Assembly (NCBI GenBank): GCA_963808235.1
Contig: CAWEEQ010000004.1
Coordinates: forward strand, 2,304,001-2,368,000
Reading direction: 5' to 3'
Length of the DNA stretch: 64,000 nucleotides
Origin: an uncultured delta proteobacterium
GTDB taxonomy: Bacteria > Desulfobacterota > Binatia > Binatales > Binataceae
The notes below the pieces were generated by a model. The model did no database searches, had not been told where the DNA came from, and saw only the letters and a program-made list of their open reading frames with translations. Below are positions 28,539 to 38,414 of the stretch, one piece after another (the first letter of the stretch is position 1; each line of letters starts with the position of its first letter). Position numbers and translations under genes: made by a program.

Positions 28539-28751
28539 ATGGTTGAGAAAACGATCGAGCTTACCGGTATCTCGGCCAACTCCGTCGAAGATGCGGTGCA
28601 GTTAGCGGTCTCCCGAGCCGGCGTAACGATCAAGGGCATCCACACGGCGCACGTCGAGGATATCGCGGCGACGGTGGAGGCCAACAAAGTAGTGCGCTGG
28701 AAGGTCAGAATTAAGGCGACCTTCCAGGTCAAGGACGAGCTTCACGAGTGA
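28539..28751 (+). CDS. Dodecin family protein
   Basis: KTIELTG.S..SVEDAV, W.V..KATF. AAGGAG RBS. Confidence 0.85.
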   Translation: MVEKTIELTGISANSVEDAVQLAVSRAGVTIKGIHTAHVEDIAATVEANKVVRWKVRIKATFQVKDELHE

Positions 28752-28844
28752 ACGAGATCCGCGCGCTACTCGCGCGGCACGCAATCAAGGCGGCGGAGCG
28801 CAAGGACTTAAACGTCATGCGAAACCGCCACCGAAGAGCAGTAG

Positions 28845-29843
28845 ATGGCTACCAAAATAGTTGAGGTTCACCCGGGTATCTACGAAATCTTTCTGCCGCT
28901 GCCGATGCGGCCGACAATCATCAATGTGTACCTGGTCGATTGTCATGGCGCGTGGACGCTTATCGATACCGGGATGCATACGGACGACAGCATCGCGGCG
29001 CTGGAAGCGGCGTTTGCGGAAGTCGGAATCAAGGTCGAGGATCTGGACGCACTGATCGCGACTCATCACCATATCGATCACTTCGGCGCGTCGGGCGAGA
29101 TTCGCCGGCGCAGTCATGCGGTAACGCACATCCATCGCCTTGAGGCAGAACGCGCGGGAAGGATGATCGAGTTCGGGAAAATGAGTCCCAACGATCGGCC
29201 TGAATCGCGAGCTTTCTTCGCGCGCCACGGATTTCCGATCGAACAGTTCTCGCCGGCCGGGATGCGTCCGGCGTGGATGGGAACCTCGATGTACGGACCG
29301 GTGACCAAGCCCGACAAGTTCATCGACGACCACGACGTGGTCAAAGTCGGGGACCGCGAATTCGAAGTCATCTGGACGCCGGGCCATTCGCCGGGACACA
29401 ACGTGATTTACCTGCGTAAGGAAAAAGTGATGATCGTCGGCGATCACTTGCTGCCCAAAATTACCCCGCACGTCGGCATCTACCCGGACAATGTGGGCGG
29501 CAATCCGCTCGGCGACTTTATAAATTCACAGCTCAAGGTGCAGAAGTTCGACGTTGAGCTGGTCCTCCCCGCGCACGGCGGCATCTACCACGACCATCGT
29601 CATCGCGCGAATCAACTTATCGAGCATCACCGCTATCGCGAAGCCGAGATGCTCGATCTGACGCGCAAAGCCCCGCAGACGGCATATGAAGTGGCGAGCC
29701 AGGTCTTCGGCGGGGAAGAAAGACCCATATTCCACGTGATGGCTGCGACCTTTGAAACCCTCGCGCACCTGGAACTGGCCTGTTTCGAGGGCCGGGCGCG
29801 CAAGTCCGAACGGGGCGAACGGACGGTGTTCCAAGCATTATGA
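28845..29843 (+). CDS. MBL-fold metallo-hydrolase
   Basis: LIDTG, THHHIDHFG, TPGHSPGH, GDH, PAHG. Confidence 0.9.
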   Translation: MATKIVEVHPGIYEIFLPLPMRPTIINVYLVDCHGAWTLIDTGMHTDDSIAALEAAFAEVGIKVEDLDALIATHHHIDHFGASGEIRRRSHAVTHIHRLEAERAGRMIEFGKMSPNDRPESRAFFARHGFPIEQFSPAGMRPAWMGTSMYGPVTKPDKFIDDHDVVKVGDREFEVIWTPGHSPGHNVIYLRKEKVMIVGDHLLPKITPHVGIYPDNVGGNPLGDFINSQLKVQKFDVELVLPAHGGIYHDHRHRANQLIEHHRYREAEMLDLTRKAPQTAYEVASQVFGGEERPIFHVMAATFETLAHLELACFEGRARKSERGERTVFQAL

Positions 29844-29960
29844 GCACGTTACAGGGGTTTGCTAATTCTTCCATTCGGTGTATTTTGACGCTGCTCATAA
29901 AGTGAGCGGCGTTAAACTTGTTAGCTGTGCGGAGGGGTCGCTAGATTGAAGGAGGATGCC

Positions 29961-30341
29961 ATGAAAGGGAAGATTGGTTTAGTGCTGGCCTCGGGGCTGG
30001 CATTATTGGTCGCCGGATGCGCTAGCCAGGGAGGCGGCACATCATCTTCGTCGGCACCAGGTGGGGCGGCTGCCGCAGCGCAGAGTGCCAGCGCGCCGGC
30101 TGCTACCAGAAATTTCAACCTGGCCGTCAAGTGCCCGGGCGTCCATTGGGAAAAGTCCCACGGCTGGTCGGATGCGCAAATCATGCAGCAGGAATCGCTT
30201 GACGAGGGCGACATTCCCGCTTGTGAACAATGGGTAGCAGCTCAACCCAAGGGCTACGTGCCTCCTCCGCCCGGAGGAGCAACGGCATCGGCCGCGGCAC
30301 CTGCCCCGGCGGGTGGCGCTCCAGCACCGACGAAGCAGTAA
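29961..30341 (+). CDS. Small lipoprotein, hypothetical
   Basis: Lipobox LVAGC, GGAGG RBS. Confidence 0.75.
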   Translation: MKGKIGLVLASGLALLVAGCASQGGGTSSSSAPGGAAAAAQSASAPAATRNFNLAVKCPGVHWEKSHGWSDAQIMQQESLDEGDIPACEQWVAAQPKGYVPPPPGGATASAAAPAPAGGAPAPTKQ

Positions 30342-30411
30342 TATCCTCGCTTGAGAGGGGCACCCAGCGTAAATCACGCGGGTCAAACCCGGCCTCAGGA
30401 GAGCAAAAACT

Positions 30412-30453
30412 AAGGCGGCGTGGCATCTTCGATCAGATGCCGCGCCGCCTTTC
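30412..30453. terminator. Hairpin between convergent genes, probable terminator
   Basis: AAGGCGGCGTGGCATCT-TCGATC-AGATGCCGCGCCGCCTT. Confidence 0.7.
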
Positions 30454-30504
30454 TATTATGCGGAAGTTTCGCTGGGCGCGATTGGCGCCAGTTTCCAGTT
30501 CGTG

Positions 30505-30939
30505 TTAGCGAGCGCGCACGGCGCGCTTTGCATCGCGACGGGCCGGAGCGCTGATTCGTCCGCTGCGCACCACTGGCGAGCGGCGCGCCAAACGACGAGT
30601 GGACACGCCCGCAAGCTGCTGACTGCGCCAGTCACGCAAACCACTGCGCAGGAATTGCGGCTCGATCCCGAGCGTCTCGCAAACCGTCTCGAACGAGAAC
30701 GGTCCTTCTCCACCCTCGCCGCACAGCCAATGTTCAGCCTCGCTGAATAAGCGCTTGCGAGGACCGCCCTTGGCGTCGGCGTTGTTCTGAAAGCATCTGA
30801 GGGCGTCTTCAAGGATCGCCATCATCAGCTTCTTCACAGGCCGGATCGAACTATCATCGCGGCGGCTGTCGTAGAACTGCTCGGGCGTAAGCACGTCCGG
30901 CACAAAGAGGTTACCGATTGCGGTGTTTTCCCATTCCAT
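30505..30939 (-). CDS. Conserved hypothetical protein (PEQF / LM.AILEDA / FSFETVCETLG motifs)
   Basis: ATG at 30939 with purine-rich RBS, downstream of a sigma54 site. Confidence 0.75.
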   Translation of the reverse strand: MEWENTAIGNLFVPDVLTPEQFYDSRRDDSSIRPVKKLMMAILEDALRCFQNNADAKGGPRKRLFSEAEHWLCGEGGEGPFSFETVCETLGIEPQFLRSGLRDWRSQQLAGVSTRRLARRSPVVRSGRISAPARRDAKRAVRAR

Positions 30940-31035
30940 CGTTCTTTGCCTTCTCACCCGCCCGCCCCCCGCGCTCAAGCGCCCGGCGATCGGCATCGGG
31001 ATTCTAATTAAACGGTCTTCTTTCACCACTACTTA

Positions 31036-31052
31036 CGCAATGATCATGCCGA
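31036..31052 (-). promoter_or_regulatory. Sigma54 (-24/-12) promoter
   Basis: Minus strand TCGGCATGATCATTGCG = GG-N10-GC with TTGC. Confidence 0.7.
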
Positions 31053-31155
31053 TTTGATGAGCAGGTGCCGCGATCATAATTTACGCAGCAAGACAAGGGG
31101 CGGAGGATGCAAATTAGGCGTTTTAGTTGTTGGAGAATTCAAAAAATATCATACT

Positions 31156-31185
31156 TTTCGCAAAACTGTTCCGCATTTTGCGAAA
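31156..31185. promoter_or_regulatory. Inverted repeat, candidate enhancer-binding-protein site
   Basis: TTTCGCAAAA-N10-TTTTGCGAAA in an AT-rich spacer about 105-135 bp upstream of the sigma54 site. Confidence 0.6.
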
Positions 31186-31346
31186 TATTGCGCTGTGCGC
31201 GATTGTTGACTCATTTGCGACATGCGTTACGCTTTGGCCACAAATGAGCGCCAAGCGTCGGTATTTTGCCGCCCGCACAGAACTGACTCTGCCGCGCTAC
31301 TTTTGTGCGAATTTAGAAACAAGCTGACAGATCGGATCAGTCGCGG

Positions 31347-32000
31347 CTACTGAACGCTGTCGGGACCGCCACTGGTCCCGGCTGGGCCGCGCTTTCGCTC
31401 CTCGAGTTTGAAGGTCAGCACATCGAGCAGGCAATCCACCCGATCTGCCATCGCTTCGAGCATCGTCTGCTTCTCGAGCGGCGTAACGTCGAGATGGAAG
31501 CACAGGAAGTTGATCAATTCAGCACCGCGAAGGCCGCGCTGCTCAACGATCGTGCGCCACGCCTCTTGTGCAGGCTGACCCAGGTAGCGGAGGAGCATTT
31601 CGCGCAGTGCGTCCATGGTCTCGGCGTCGCAATCAAGCGCGCCACGGCGCACGGGGCACCAATTCACCTCGGCCTGTCGATACGGACGATCGCGAATCTC
31701 GCGAATGATTCGAAACTCTGCGACGCCCTCGAGCACCAGGTTGTAGCGGCCGTCAGGAAGTTTGACCAGGCCGCCTATTCGCCCAGCGCATCCGACTTCG
31801 AAGATGTCCGGAAAGTTGTCCTTGTCCTGCTCAAATTCGGCCTTGAGCAGCATCATGCCGATCATACCGTGAGTGTCGGAGACGTCCGCGATCATCTCGC
31901 GATAGCGCGGTTCGAAAATGTGCAGCGGCACGCTCAACCCGGGGAACAGCACAAGGTTCGGCAGCGGGAAGATCGGAATGATAGTGGGTACGTCAGCCAC
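31347..32000 (-). CDS. LON peptidase substrate-binding domain protein
   Basis: IPIFPL..LVLFPG...PLHIFEPRYREM, LPDGRY. Confidence 0.88.
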   Translation of the reverse strand: MADVPTIIPIFPLPNLVLFPGLSVPLHIFEPRYREMIADVSDTHGMIGMMLLKAEFEQDKDNFPDIFEVGCAGRIGGLVKLPDGRYNLVLEGVAEFRIIREIRDRPYRQAEVNWCPVRRGALDCDAETMDALREMLLRYLGQPAQEAWRTIVEQRGLRGAELINFLCFHLDVTPLEKQTMLEAMADRVDCLLDVLTFKLEERKRGPAGTSGGPDSVQ

Positions 32001-32127
32001 GTTGGGAATTTCGCGTCTCAAGTCAGGTTAAGGCCGTTACGAGTGAGGGTCAAGGAAGCGGTCGAGCGATGCGGACGGATGGTGGACATAGCACTGCGCC
32101 GCGGTTTTGCTATGTTTCGAGTTATCG

Positions 32128-33603
32128 ATGGAAAGCAGACTGTTCATCGCCGGACGCTATATCGATGCCGCCAAATCCTCGCGCTTCGCCGACGTCGAGC
32201 CTGCGACTGAGCGCGAACTCGCGCAAGTCGCGAGCGCCAGCGCCGACGACGTCAATCGCGCGGTCGTTGCGGCGCGCGAGGCTGCCGATCACGGCCCCTG
32301 GCCACGCATGAGCGCCGATACTCGCGCGGGAATCATTGGCAAGTTCGCCGACGGGATCGAAAAGCGCGCGCGGGAACTGGGCACGCTCGAGGCGCGCGAC
32401 GTCGGCAAGCCGGTCTCCGAGTGCGTCAATCACGACGTGTCGCGCGCGGCGCGCAATCTGCGCTTCTTTGCCGCCGCGGCGCAGACCTGGACTCATGAGG
32501 CGGCGCAAAGCGACGCGAAATTTCTCGGCCGCGATTTGAAGCTGGTGAACTTCACCGAGCGTCCTCCGGTCGGCGTCGGCGCGATCATCATTCCGTGGAA
32601 CTCGCCGCTGATGCTCGCGACGTGGAACCTGGGCCCCTGTCTGGCCGCGGGAAATAGCTGCGTGCTGAAGCCGTCGGAGCTGGCGCCGCTCACTTCGATT
32701 GCGCTCGGTGAGATCGCGAACGAAGCGGGACTGCCGCGCGGAGTGTTGAGCATCGTGCCGGGGCTCGGCGACGCAGGCGCTGCGCTGGTGTCGCATCCAG
32801 GCGTCGACGCGGTCGCGTTCACCGGCGGCGTCGAGACGGGGCGACTGCGTGATGGCAAGCGCGGCGACGACGCTCAAGCGCGTGATGCTCGAACTCGGCG
32901 GCAAGTCGCCCAACATAGTATTCGCCGACGCGAATCTGAAACGCACTGCCGCCGGAGTGGCGCGATCGATCTATCGCAGCCAGGGACAATCATGCGTAGC
33001 GGGCGCGCGATTGCTGGTCGAGAGCAGCGTCGCCGCGGAATTCATCGAATTGCTGATCGCCGAAATACCAAAACTGAAAATAGGCGACCCGCTGAAAGAC
33101 GACACCGAGTACGGCCCGCTCATCTCGGGGGCGCATCGTGAGCGCGTGCATGCGCTGGTCGCCGACGCGATCGCCAACGGCGCGAGCGTGCTGGCGGGCG
33201 GCAAGATTCCCGCCGAGCCCGCGACCGGTTTCTACTATATGCCCACGATTCTCGACGGCGTCGACGCGAAGTCGCGCGCCGCGTCCGAGGAAATATTCGG
33301 GCCGGTGCTGACTGTGGAGAGATTCGACGACGAAGAGCAGGCAATCGCGAGTGCGAACGCATCGCGCTACGGCCTCGCGGCTTACGTATGGACCTCGAAA
33401 TCGATCGCGCGCTCAGAGTCGCAAACTCACTCAAGACCGGGATGGTGTGGGTCAACAGTTTCTTCTTGCGCGATCTGCGGACTCCGTTCGGCGGCGCGAG
33501 GATGAGCGGACTCGGCCGGCAAGGCGGCCGCTTCAGCATGGAGTTCTGGACCGAGCCGAAACTTGTTTGTATCGCTTACGGTGAGGAGGAGCACGATGGG
33601 TAG
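32128..33603 (+). CDS. Aldehyde dehydrogenase, HpaE-like (two frameshifts, about 32848 and 33400)
   Basis: IPWNSP, KPSE, FTGG / ELGGKSP, GQSC, EEIFGPV / DLRTPFGG, spread over three frames. Confidence 0.85.
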
Positions 33604-34493
33604 GGTGGTCGCCGCGGTGTTCACGACGCACGTGCCGAGGTTGATGATCCTCGATCAGAGCGCGCGGGTCAGGTACATGGGCCGCAATGTGACGACCTTC
33701 TACGACGCGATGCCGCGGCTTGAGCGCGAGCGGTTGCACACGCTCGACTTCGACACCTTCCTGCTCTTCGACACTCACTGGTTCTCGACCCTCGAATACG
33801 TGCTCAACGCGCACGAGCAGCTGCGCGGCGTGTACACCTCGGAAGAATTGCCGGCAGATGCTCCACGATCTCGAGTACGACTACCAGGGCGACGCCGAAC
33901 TCGCGCGCGCGGTCGAGTTAGAGGCTCGCGAACGGGGCATTCGGGCAATCGCGTCGGCGCATCGGAACCTGCCGATACATTATCCGACGCTTAACGTGAT
34001 GCACTATTTCAATCCCGATGCGCGCCGACGAGTGCTATCGGCAAGCGTTTGTCAGACCGCGTCAGTGAGGAACGACCTCGCTTATGGCGCGGCGATTGGC
34101 CAGGCAATTTGGAAATCCAATCGGCGCGTGGTGATCGTCGCGTCGGGCGGAATGTCGCACAAGTTCTGGGACTACGATCGAATTTTAGATCGCGCGTCGG
34201 CGTCGCCCGAGGACATCGCGTCGACCGCCAATCGCCTTTACGACGAGCGGATCATGGAATGGTTCAAGCAGGGGCGTCACGATGCGGTGCTCGCCGCCGC
34301 CGACGATTTCCGCGCGCATTGCTCGCCGGAGGGCCGCTTCTCGCACTACATAATGATGGCGGGCGCGATGGGCGGCGACTCGTGGAACTGGCGCGGCGAG
34401 CAATTTGGAAAATACGAGGCAGCGATCGGAACCGGCCAGGCAATCTTCTTCTTCCAACCATCAAGCGGCGGCGCCGCCCGCGCGGCTGCCTGA
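33596..34493 (+). CDS. hpaD: 3,4-dihydroxyphenylacetate 2,3-dioxygenase, LigB fold (frameshift about 33853)
   Basis: THVP, FDTHW, YTSEELP / YDYQGD..LA, SGGMSH, EG.FSH, GTGQ. Confidence 0.8.
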
Positions 34494-34514
34494 GTCAGTT
34501 CCTGGAGGTGCGCA

Positions 34515-35404
34515 TTGAAACTTGCACGCGGAATATTGGCGATGCTGGTGACGCCGTTTCATGATGATTATCGGCTGAATGAGGCGGCGCTCCGGAAAGA
34601 GGTGCAGTGGGCGATCGCAAGCGGCGCGCAGGGCGTGGTTGCGGCGCCGAGTATCGGCGAGTTCCTCCATATGAACGAAGCGGAACGTGCGAGAGTCTTC
34701 GAGATCGTCGTTGAAGAAGCGCGCAAGCATCCGAATGTCTCGACAGTCGCGATGACCTCGGGCGCGACGACGCTCGAAACGCTCCACTACGCGAAGATCG
34801 CCGCGCGACTCGGATACGACGCGCAGCAGGTGATCCCGCCCTACTACTGGCGATGCGGCGAGGCCGAAGTCGAGCGTCATTACAGGATGATCGCCGAGGC
34901 TGGCGATTTGCCGGTCGTCATCTACCACAATCCCGCGCTCAGCAAGTTCAACATCTCGCCGAAGTTTCGCGGGGAGACTCGCGACGATCGAGGGCGTCGT
35001 GGCATTCAAGGAAGTGCTGACCGATTTGCAGCATCTCGAGGCGCTCTACGACGAAGTGGACGGCCGCGCCGATATTTACAATACGTTTCGCGCGATGCTG
35101 GCCGGGTTGATGCTCGGAGCGGCCGGGCGGCTTCATCAACATTTTCGCGGTGCCGGCGTCGGTCGCATTGATGAAGGCCTTCAAGGCCGGCGATTACAAA
35201 CGCGCAGAGGAAATTCAGCGTCGTCTCAACCGATGCTTCCCGCGCGGTGGCGAGGAAACTCTGGGCCATCTCGGAACGACCAAAGTAACCGCCTCGGTAG
35301 CGACCGGAATCGAGATGGGTCCGGCGCGGCCGCCGTACATGGCGCCCGCGGACGCCGCGGAGCGAATCCGGAAACGCTTGCCGCTGCTCAACGAGGTCAT
35401 CTGA
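34515..35404 (+). CDS. DapA/DHDPS-family class I aldolase (frameshifts about 34967 and 35127)
   Basis: LVTPF, SIGEF, PPYY, IYHNP, Schiff-base K in AFKE, GPARPP. Confidence 0.8.
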
Positions 35405-35405
35405 T

Positions 35406-36851
35406 ATGGGCGCGCGATCGGGCAACAACTATCTGACCTCGCTGAAAAAGCTTGGCGCTGAAATCTGGATTGGCGGCGCACGAGCCGGTGATGTGACCGC
35501 GCATCCGGCGTTCGCAAACTGCGCGCGTTCAGTCGCCTCGCTCTACGACATGCAGATGGAGCATCCCGAGACGATGACCTTCCGCACCGACGATGGCGGA
35601 CGCGCCGGGATGTCGTTCATGATTCCGAAAAGCGTCGAGGACGTTCGCAAGCGAACCCGCATGATGAAGTCATGGGCGGACTTCGGATGCGGGATGCTCG
35701 GGCGCACACCCGATTATCTGAACGTGAGTATCGCGGCGATGGCAGCGGCGCGCGAATTCTTTGCAGCCAGCGACAAACGCCACGGCGACAATATCTGGAA
35801 CTATTATCTCGAGGCGCGCCATCACGACTGGTGCGCGACGCATACGCTGGTAAATCCGCGGGCGAGCCGCGCACAAGGATGGTCAGGACACACCGACGCC
35901 GAGTTGGCTCTGAGACTGGTCGAGAAGACCAAGGACGGCATCATCGTGAACGGATGCCGGATGCTGGCGACGTTGGCGCCACTCTCGGAAGAATTGCTGG
36001 TCTTTCCTTCGACAGTGCTTAAGGCCGAACCGGCTGCCGAGCCGTTCGCGCTCTCGTTCGCAATCCAGTGCAACACGAAGGGTCTCAAGTTCCTGTGCCG
36101 CGACACATATGACCTCGGACGCTCGCGCTTCGACCATCCGCTCGCGTCGCGCTTCGACGAAATGGACGCGGTGGTCGTGTTCGACAATGTGCTGGTTCCG
36201 TGGGAGCGGGTGTTCCTGTGCGGCGATGTTGCGCGATGCAACGCGCTGTATGGAGAGACCGGCGCAGTCGTCCACATGATGCATCAGGTGGCGGTGAAGA
36301 ACGTTGCGAAGAGCGAGTTCCTGCTCGGACTGGCCGCGCGGATCGCGGAGGCGAGCGACGCGATGGTGTTGCCGCATGTACGCGAGCGGCTTGCGGAGAT
36401 GATCACGACCACCGAAACGATGCGGTCCTGTCTGCGCGCCGCGGAGGCTGACTCAAGTGCGGACAAGTGGGGAGTGTTCGCGCCGGCGCGCGCGCCGCTC
36501 GACGCGGCGCGCAACCTCTTTCCGCGCCTGTATCCGCGGATGGTGGATATAATCCAGCTCAACAGCTCGAGCTCGCTGATGGCGACGCCGGCGGAGAGCG
36601 ATTTCGCCAATCCTGCCGAGCTGCCCGATATCGAGCGTTACTTCGCGGCAGCGGACTCACCGGCGCGCGAGCGCGTCGCGCTTTACCGGCTGGCGTGGGA
36701 AGTCGCATGCAGCTCCTTCGGCGGTCGCCAGGTCTTGTACGAGCGGTTTTTCTTTGGCGATCCGGTCCGGATGGCCAGCGCGCTGGTAGATAACACGGAT
36801 CTGAAGCCGCTTGTCGAGAAGGTTAGGGCGTTTCTGAAGCGCCCCGACTGA
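35406..36851 (+). CDS. hpaB: 4-hydroxyphenylacetate 3-monooxygenase, oxygenase component
   Basis: GRTPDYLN, HTLVNP, DHPLASRFDEMD, RQVLYERFFFGDP. Confidence 0.9.
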   Translation: MGARSGNNYLTSLKKLGAEIWIGGARAGDVTAHPAFANCARSVASLYDMQMEHPETMTFRTDDGGRAGMSFMIPKSVEDVRKRTRMMKSWADFGCGMLGRTPDYLNVSIAAMAAAREFFAASDKRHGDNIWNYYLEARHHDWCATHTLVNPRASRAQGWSGHTDAELALRLVEKTKDGIIVNGCRMLATLAPLSEELLVFPSTVLKAEPAAEPFALSFAIQCNTKGLKFLCRDTYDLGRSRFDHPLASRFDEMDAVVVFDNVLVPWERVFLCGDVARCNALYGETGAVVHMMHQVAVKNVAKSEFLLGLAARIAEASDAMVLPHVRERLAEMITTTETMRSCLRAAEADSSADKWGVFAPARAPLDAARNLFPRLYPRMVDIIQLNSSSSLMATPAESDFANPAELPDIERYFAAADSPARERVALYRLAWEVACSSFGGRQVLYERFFFGDPVRMASALVDNTDLKPLVEKVRAFLKRPD

Positions 36852-36857
36852 AGCCTT

Positions 36858-36910
36858 GCCATTTGACATTTCGAGATACCATTTGTTCGAACCAAATGGC
36901 AGAGTATAGT
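36858..36910 (+). promoter_or_regulatory. TA promoter/operator
   Basis: CCATTTG-N7-CAAATGG inverted repeat (36879-36899), an extra CCATTTG at 36859, and -10 TATAGT at 36905. Confidence 0.65.
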
Positions 36911-36917
36911 GGTTTCG

Positions 36918-37193
36918 ATGACGGCAAAATTGAGAGTCGATAAAGCCGGTCGAGTTGTTCTTCCCAAACCGGTGCGGGAAAAATTGCGGCTTGCCCCAGG
37001 TGACGAGTTGGAACTCAAGACGACCGACGACCAGATTACGCTGCGTCCGTTGCGCGGCACCGCACAGCTCCGGAAAAAGTGCGGCGTGTGGGTGTTCCAT
37101 TCCGGCGAGCCACTATCCGCCTCGGCAGTCGAGGAGACAATCGAGCAGATTCGGCGTGAGCGCGATGAGCGGAACACTGGACGGAGGCATTGA
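36918..37193 (+). CDS. AbrB/MazE/SpoVT-family antitoxin
   Basis: VDKAGRVVLPKPVRE.L.L.PGD.L. Confidence 0.9.
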   Translation: MTAKLRVDKAGRVVLPKPVREKLRLAPGDELELKTTDDQITLRPLRGTAQLRKKCGVWVFHSGEPLSASAVEETIEQIRRERDERNTGRRH

Positions 37194-37615
37194 GAGCCTT
37201 CTTCGATACCTCGGTTCTGATCCCCGTCTTTATCGAGGAGCATGAACATCACGAGCGAAGTCTGCGCGCTTTTGTCGATGCTGATAAAAAGCGGGACTGC
37301 TGTGCCGCTCACAGCATGGCCGAAGTCTACTCCACGATGACCCGGTTGCCAGGACGACATCGCTTAAGCGGCGAGCAGGTGTTCCTCTTTCTTGAGAACA
37401 TTCGGGAGCGTCTTACGCTCATCACCCTCACCGGCGACGAGTACCACGGGGCGATCAAGGAGGCAGCTGAGGTTGGTATCGTGGGCGGCACGATCTATGA
37501 CGCCTTGATTGCACGTTGTGCGCTGAAGGCGAAGGCCGAGGCTATCTACACTTGGAATACGAGACACTTCGAGCAGTTCGGAGCGGAGGTTGTGAGGCGG
37601 CTCCGAGCACTTTGA
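37190..37615 (+). CDS. PIN-domain (VapC-like) toxin
   Basis: FDTSVL, AE.YS, YDALI, TWN.RHF. 4-nt overlap with the antitoxin. Confidence 0.9.
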   Translation: MRAFFDTSVLIPVFIEEHEHHERSLRAFVDADKKRDCCAAHSMAEVYSTMTRLPGRHRLSGEQVFLFLENIRERLTLITLTGDEYHGAIKEAAEVGIVGGTIYDALIARCALKAKAEAIYTWNTRHFEQFGAEVVRRLRAL

Positions 37616-37669
37616 TCGACCCAGGGCGGTGGCGGTGCTTGACGCGTACCGCTATGGTCAGACCTATCC

Positions 37670-38323
37670 ATGGCGAGGCTTCGAAAGGCGGCGCGGATTT
37701 GGGGCAATCCCAAGGCGCGCGAAATCGGCGAGCGAGTTCTGATCAAGTCGGACGCGCGCCTTTTCACGATCGACCCATTGGCCATTTTCGGACGCCGGGC
37801 GCCGCTGGAAATCGAGATCGGCGCGGGCAAGGGCGAGTTTATTATCGAGCGCGCGGCGGAGTTTCCGGAGCGCGACTTCATGGCCGTCGAGCTTTCGGGA
37901 ACGATCACGCATGTGCTGGCGGTCCGATGCGGCCGCGCGGGATTGAAGAACCTCCGGGTCGCGCGGATGGACGCGCGGACGCTCGTCAACCTGATGCTGC
38001 CCGACGCGAGCGTGAGCGCATTCCACATCTATTTTCCGGACCCATGGCCGAAGGAGCGTCACGTGAAGCATCGGCTGTTCACACCGACGCTGAGCGCGGG
38101 CCTGTTTCGCACCACCCTGCCGGGCGCGACCGCCTACGTCGCGACCGACGTGCGCAACTACGCCGGTGAGATCTTCCCCATGATGGAGGCGGCGGGCTTT
38201 ATCCGAGCGGTCGAAGCCGCACCTGGAGCGGAGTTGACCGGCTTCGCACGCAAGTACGTAGCGCAGGGAAAGCCGGTCTTTTCGGGCTCATTTCGAAGGC
38301 CTCGCGCGGCCACGAGCTCCTGA
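37670..38323 (+). CDS. trmB: tRNA (guanine-N7)-methyltransferase
   Basis: EIGAGKG, YFPDPWPKERH.KHRL, ATD. Confidence 0.9.
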   Translation: MARLRKAARIWGNPKAREIGERVLIKSDARLFTIDPLAIFGRRAPLEIEIGAGKGEFIIERAAEFPERDFMAVELSGTITHVLAVRCGRAGLKNLRVARMDARTLVNLMLPDASVSAFHIYFPDPWPKERHVKHRLFTPTLSAGLFRTTLPGATAYVATDVRNYAGEIFPMMEAAGFIRAVEAAPGAELTGFARKYVAQGKPVFSGSFRRPRAATSS

Positions 38324-38373
38324 TTTCTGCTATGTCAATCTCGACGCCGTAAAAACTCGGCCCGGGGGCTGGA

Positions 38374-38402
38374 TTGCAATGACGGACAGCGTTGTTTAAC
38401 CT
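38374..38402 (+). promoter_or_regulatory. Sigma70-type promoter of bamD
   Basis: TTGCAA-N17-TAACCT. Confidence 0.5.
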
Positions 38403-38414
38403 TTTGCGCATTCG

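Noticed and set aside
32840-35130. Programmed ribosomal frameshifting in the hpa cluster
   Set aside because: No slippery heptamers or consistent stimulatory structures, and mixed shift directions.
36900-37620. TA modules as markers of a prophage or genomic island
   Set aside because: No integrase, transposase, att repeats or phage genes nearby.
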